From: Bacteroidota bacterium
GTDB taxonomy: Bacteria > Bacteroidota > Bacteroidia > UKL13-3
Length of the DNA: 64,000 nucleotides
Reading direction: 5' to 3'
Assembly (NCBI GenBank): GCA_947507965.1
Contig: CANNQU010000009.1
Location: forward strand, 722 to 64,721
Position 1 is the first letter of the stretch, and each line of letters begins with the position of its first letter. A program made the position numbers and the translations under genes. Shown here in pieces: positions 60,262 through 64,000 of this stretch. The notes below the pieces were generated by a model. The model searched no databases, was not told where the DNA came from, and was given only the letters and a program-made list of their open reading frames with translations.

Positions 60262-61833
60262 TTATTGTTTGTCTATCTCAATAACAACAGCTACCGCACT
60301 TTTATCTTTTGCGTCCGTTTCAAACGCTATTTTACCATTGACTCCGGTGAATTTTATGTCTGAAATAAGTTTCGTGCTTAGCGCTGCTTCAATACGTTGC
60401 TGGTAATCGTCCTTTTGGGTTGTATTTATCACGTCATTAATAGCTTTAATATCTAGAGGCTGCTTGGATATAATGATGGTGATATAATCTTGCCTTCCAA
60501 TCTCATCAAGTACCATACTATAATCGCGCGGAAAAATTCGGGTACCCGTAATACCACAGTAGGCTGAATGTTTTTCTGTATATGGAAACAACACGTAACT
60601 CGACTGATCGGTGTCCTTACCTAAAACATACGTGTAACAGGCGATGCTGTTACTCACCTCAATTTTAAATTTTGTTTTTTTTGCAAGTGTCTGTGAAGTG
60701 CGGAAGGTTTCAACTCCTTTATTTTGTGAAGTGTTGTTACGTTGTAGTGCGAAATAGCTTTTCATATCCTTGCTTATCAACCCAATAGATACCTTGAGCC
60801 GGTTACTATTGGGGTTTGATTTGGCCACTAACGGATCGAGCCCATAAGCTTCAACGCAAAAGTATTTGAAATCTTTATACGATATCCAAGCGATTCCGTT
60901 ATCGCCCCACTCTGGGCCCCAGCTGTTCATGAGTTGAAAACCACCTCTACCTCCTTCCATAAAATCATCATACCCTATAACACACATACAATGCCCACCA
61001 AACCCTTGCTTGCTATAATCGTCTTCTGTGGGATGCCATATTTTTTTACCCATCATCTCTTGCATAAAGGTACCACCTACTGCCATTCCAATAATTACGG
61101 GTGCGCCTTTAGCCAAATTTTGTTTCATGGCTTTCATATCGATCGTCTGGTCGTCGCCCCCAAGTGTTAATCGGTTATATCCATTAATTTTAAACTGATT
61201 GGCATCTTGTAACTGTGATGGTTCGGGTCGTTTACTACACTCGCGATCGTTATAGCCAAACTGTTCGAGGGGCAGTGCGCCATTTTGTTGCATATATTCG
61301 GCAGCACGTTGGATATAAGAACCTTCACAATCATTATTTAATTTTATCTGATTGTATAAAAAGGAAGGGCTAAATGCAATTTGATTGGGGTCGTCGTCGG
61401 TAGCTGTCGCTTGCAATATGGTACGGGCTGCATAGGCACTCCCCCAACCTACGCAACTACCTTGAGAGCCTTGGTTTTTACGATCGGGAGCATATTTTAG
61501 AAGGCTTACACTTTCAGGTAATTTATCTTTATCACTTAATGCAGCAAATACTTCCGCTTTATCAAATTCTTTCGGACTTAAAGTTGCACCTACGCCATAG
61601 CCATTTTTGCTGTTTTGACTGGATGGCACCCCAGCGCATCCTTTCCCAAAATAATAGATGCCCCCTAGTATCGCAACGATAACTAATAATTTCGGATTAC
61701 GTAATAACATGGGGAGAAACATCCAAATCATCCCACCTCCTGGAAAACCGCCACGGCCTCCTCCTCCTCCACCATTATCATCATAATTATCTTGAGGCGT
61801 AGTATCCTCATCTTGCTCCATTCGTACCGGCAT
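60262..61833 (-). CDS. Membrane-anchored papain-family (C1) cysteine peptidase: Gly-rich cytoplasmic N-terminus, one TM helix, periplasmic C1 domain, and a ~190-aa C-terminal domain of unknown function
   Basis: Catalytic Cys QGSCVGWGSAYA, His GHCMCVIGYDD, Asn/Trp NSWGPEWGDNGIAW. TM LLVIVAILGGIYYF preceded by DDNGGGGGGRGGFPGGG. Start chosen at MPVRMEQ (61833); the longer ORF to 61911 adds 26 non-conserved residues. Confidence 0.75.
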   Translation of the reverse strand: MPVRMEQDEDTTPQDNYDDNGGGGGGRGGFPGGGMIWMFLPMLLRNPKLLVIVAILGGIYYFGKGCAGVPSSQNSKNGYGVGATLSPKEFDKAEVFAALSDKDKLPESVSLLKYAPDRKNQGSQGSCVGWGSAYAARTILQATATDDDPNQIAFSPSFLYNQIKLNNDCEGSYIQRAAEYMQQNGALPLEQFGYNDRECSKRPEPSQLQDANQFKINGYNRLTLGGDDQTIDMKAMKQNLAKGAPVIIGMAVGGTFMQEMMGKKIWHPTEDDYSKQGFGGHCMCVIGYDDFMEGGRGGFQLMNSWGPEWGDNGIAWISYKDFKYFCVEAYGLDPLVAKSNPNSNRLKVSIGLISKDMKSYFALQRNNTSQNKGVETFRTSQTLAKKTKFKIEVSNSIACYTYVLGKDTDQSSYVLFPYTEKHSAYCGITGTRIFPRDYSMVLDEIGRQDYITIIISKQPLDIKAINDVINTTQKDDYQQRIEAALSTKLISDIKFTGVNGKIAFETDAKDKSAVAVVIEIDKQ

Positions 61834-61998
61834 ATATTCGTGTTTTATTAAGGGTTGAAAAGGGAAATTACATCGTACAAATTTGCTTAAAATTAGTGAA
61901 TAAAAAAACATGATATAATCATGCTATTGCCTTACATTTGAAGTTTTTTAGATTCTTTATTATTTTGTAATCATCCATTTTTAGAAACATTTTTTGAG

Positions 61999-64000
61999 GT
62001 GAGAGTAGATCCGGAAAAACCATATACCCTTATATTCAGCTTGCTGGAGCATGCGCAACTGGGCTATTTGATAGAACCATTTATCGTACAGCTCAACGAT
62101 CAAAATCATTTAACGTTTACCCATCAACGAATTTTTACCAAGACCCATGACCTTTTTAAAGACGTTATCACATCGGAAGATTTAGAAATCATCAAACTTC
62201 TCGATGAATTTGACAATGAATTCATAACCAAAAAGTTCTATCGGGAGAAAAAAAAGATACGGCCATCAGAATTTTTCCAGAAACATTGCACACCCGATCT
62301 CATTCAAAATCATATCAAACCGTTTATTGAGCGTCGGATGCAGGAGGTATTGCCCAAGTTGGGGAAGAGACCATTTTATTTGCACGGCCTTGGCAGCAAC
62401 CCCGCAGCGTATAAATTACGAATTGCAGCAGAACCCAGCAGTGTTCTATTTCATTTTCGAAAAAACGAATTGGATACACGGTATTTTGCCACCATAAAAA
62501 ATGCAGGAAAGAAAATAGATTTCATGCAAAATAACGCCAGCATTATTTGTAATGAGCCCGCTTGGCTCTTACTCGATCGTACGTTGTATTTTTTTGAAGA
62601 AGGTATCGACGGTAAAAAACTGACTCCGTTTATTAATAAAAAGTTCATTTTGGTGCCGAAGTCGGCGGAAGAGAAATTTTACAGCACCTTTGTTACCAAA
62701 GTCATAGAAAAGCATGATGTTTATGCCGAAGGTTTTGCAATCGACACCATATCAAATGGCTTCGTTCCCGAACTTCAATTGCAGCAAAAGCTGGATGGAA
62801 ACTATCATTTTGTTCTCTATTTTAATTATCGTATTGATAGCATTCATTATCTCTCGGCTAGGGAGGTTTTGGTAAGATTAATCGTTAAGAATGAAGAGAT
62901 CCGTTTTGAACGATTAAAAAGATTCTTTAAGCTAGAGCAGAAAATCATTTCAATTTTAAAAGAGCATTCTTTAAAGGAGAATTTCGAGAATGGTTTTGAA
63001 TGCAATAGCACCGCCCTGTCTGATTTAATTGCGTGGGTTTCTTCTCACGAGGAAATACTAATTGAAAATAATATCAATGTAAAACAAACACAGGAAAAGA
63101 AATTTGTCTTCTCCAAAACCGAAATTCAGTTAAAGGTGAGTAAAACCAACGACTGGTTCGATGTACAGGCAGTGGTGAAGTTTGGCAAGTATGAAATACC
63201 GTTTATACGTTTACGCAACCATATCCTGAGAAACATACCCGAATATGTATTACCTGATGGTACCGTAGCTGTAATTCCGGTGGAATGGTTTGCTAAGTAT
63301 GGCACCTTGTTTCAGCTTAGTGAAAAAGACCAAGAGGAAATAAAAATTAAAGCATACCACTATGATTTAATTGATGAATTACAAAACAATTCGGAAGCTA
63401 AAATTCTTCAACCGCTACGTATTAATAAAGAGAAAATAATTCCTTCTATACCCTTGCCGGTGCATTTAAATGCCACCCTGCGCCCATATCAAAAGCATGG
63501 TTTCGATTGGTTTTATTTTTTACAACAGTATCATATCGGAGGTATTTTGGCCGATGATATGGGGTTGGGTAAAACCTTACAGACGTTGGCCTTGCTGCAG
63601 AAAGAGAAGGAGGACATGCAACGTTATAATGAGCGTAACCATGCCGACGAGTTGACTCATCAAGCCGAGGCCGATGAAGCCGTTGATTTTATGAATGAGA
63701 AAACTCCTGAAGACGTATTTCATAAAACCGTGGTACAACTGGATATTTTCGGCATTGCCGATTTGCCAGCGAACACCGGCAAAACAGTAACTGAAAAAAT
63801 AGAGAAGGATTTACTTAAACCGAAGCAGAAAAAAGAATTTAGACGTACAAGCCTTGTTATTGTACCGAGTAGTTTGGTTTACAACTGGTATAGTGAAGCA
63901 CGAAAATTTACTCCCAAATTACGCCTTTATATTCACAGTGGAAATCAAAGAATTAAGTCGTCAAAAATATTTACACTCTATGATGTGGTAATTACAACCT
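61999..64000 (+). CDS. SNF2/RAD54-family helicase (RapA/HepA-like), N-terminal ~665 aa. Runs off the window 3' end. Probable GTG start, because there is no in-frame ATG after the upstream stop at 61939-61941.
   Basis: Continuous ORF in frame from 61942 to 64000. SNF2 N-terminal domain with motif I LRPYQKHGFDWFYFLQQYHIGGILADDMGLGKTLQTLALL and motif Ia SLVIVPSSLVYNWYSEA, preceded by a ~470-aa N-terminal region. Not in the ORF track because it lacks both an ATG and a stop. Confidence 0.75.
   Translation, partial: MRVDPEKPYTLIFSLLEHAQLGYLIEPFIVQLNDQNHLTFTHQRIFTKTHDLFKDVITSEDLEIIKLLDEFDNEFITKKFYREKKKIRPSEFFQKHCTPDLIQNHIKPFIERRMQEVLPKLGKRPFYLHGLGSNPAAYKLRIAAEPSSVLFHFRKNELDTRYFATIKNAGKKIDFMQNNASIICNEPAWLLLDRTLYFFEEGIDGKKLTPFINKKFILVPKSAEEKFYSTFVTKVIEKHDVYAEGFAIDTISNGFVPELQLQQKLDGNYHFVLYFNYRIDSIHYLSAREVLVRLIVKNEEIRFERLKRFFKLEQKIISILKEHSLKENFENGFECNSTALSDLIAWVSSHEEILIENNINVKQTQEKKFVFSKTEIQLKVSKTNDWFDVQAVVKFGKYEIPFIRLRNHILRNIPEYVLPDGTVAVIPVEWFAKYGTLFQLSEKDQEEIKIKAYHYDLIDELQNNSEAKILQPLRINKEKIIPSIPLPVHLNATLRPYQKHGFDWFYFLQQYHIGGILADDMGLGKTLQTLALLQKEKEDMQRYNERNHADELTHQAEADEAVDFMNEKTPEDVFHKTVVQLDIFGIADLPANTGKTVTEKIEKDLLKPKQKKEFRRTSLVIVPSSLVYNWYSEARKFTPKLRLYIHSGNQRIKSSKIFTLYDVVITT

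Noticed and set aside
1-64000. Mobile elements (transposase/integrase), prophage, tRNA/rRNA genes
   Set aside because: No ORF shows DDE transposase, tyrosine/serine recombinase or phage structural motifs. No cloverleaf-capable tRNA-like sequence or rRNA-like conserved block was seen on manual reading. A tRNAscan/Infernal run would be needed to exclude small RNAs definitively.

Overview
About 64 kb of chromosome that looks Bacteroidota (moderate-to-low GC). I judge it to be a T9SS-bearing Sphingobacteriia/Chitinophagia-like organism, because at least four secreted proteins end in the type A Por/T9SS C-terminal sorting domain (YPNP..., FPNP...). All calls below come from reading the sequence and the translated ORFs; no database search was run.

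Gene content: housekeeping genes (icd, purB, htrA, lpxA, murI, ksgA/rsmA, an RluE-like pseudouridine synthase, a HIT protein); an MFP-RND-OMF efflux operon; an Mla-like MCE ABC transporter flanked by two universal stress proteins; a cytoplasmic PAS histidine kinase with a REC-cNMP-Crp hybrid regulator; an orphan TPR-HisKA_3 kinase; an ECF sigma/anti-sigma pair divergent from htrA; a histone H1-like Lys/Ala/Val-rich protein; a VIT-vWA-DUF2135-like protein; and a dense block of very large secreted proteins (endonuclease I, two BNR/Asp-box proteins, an S8 subtilase, and a Gly-rich periodic-repeat protein with a different C-terminus). A class I cytochrome c (CxxCH) runs off the 5' edge on the minus strand, and a SNF2-family helicase (GTG start) runs off the 3' edge.

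I found no transposase, integrase, CRISPR array, tRNA or rRNA.

Features not explained by the gene models:
- A family of ~28-bp inverted-repeat hairpin elements (ATCCTTCCTTCGTC(T/A)GGA..CAATACA), present as a solitary hairpin at 655-776 and as a hairpin plus three-and-a-half ~100-118-bp tandem units at 5569-6002, both in divergent promoter regions.
- A GC-rich ~182-bp tandem repeat (2.3 copies, internal 10-bp palindromes) at 41670-42133, upstream of a small lipoprotein gene that is translationally coupled (ATGA) to a 1574-aa T9SS BNR/GEVED protein.
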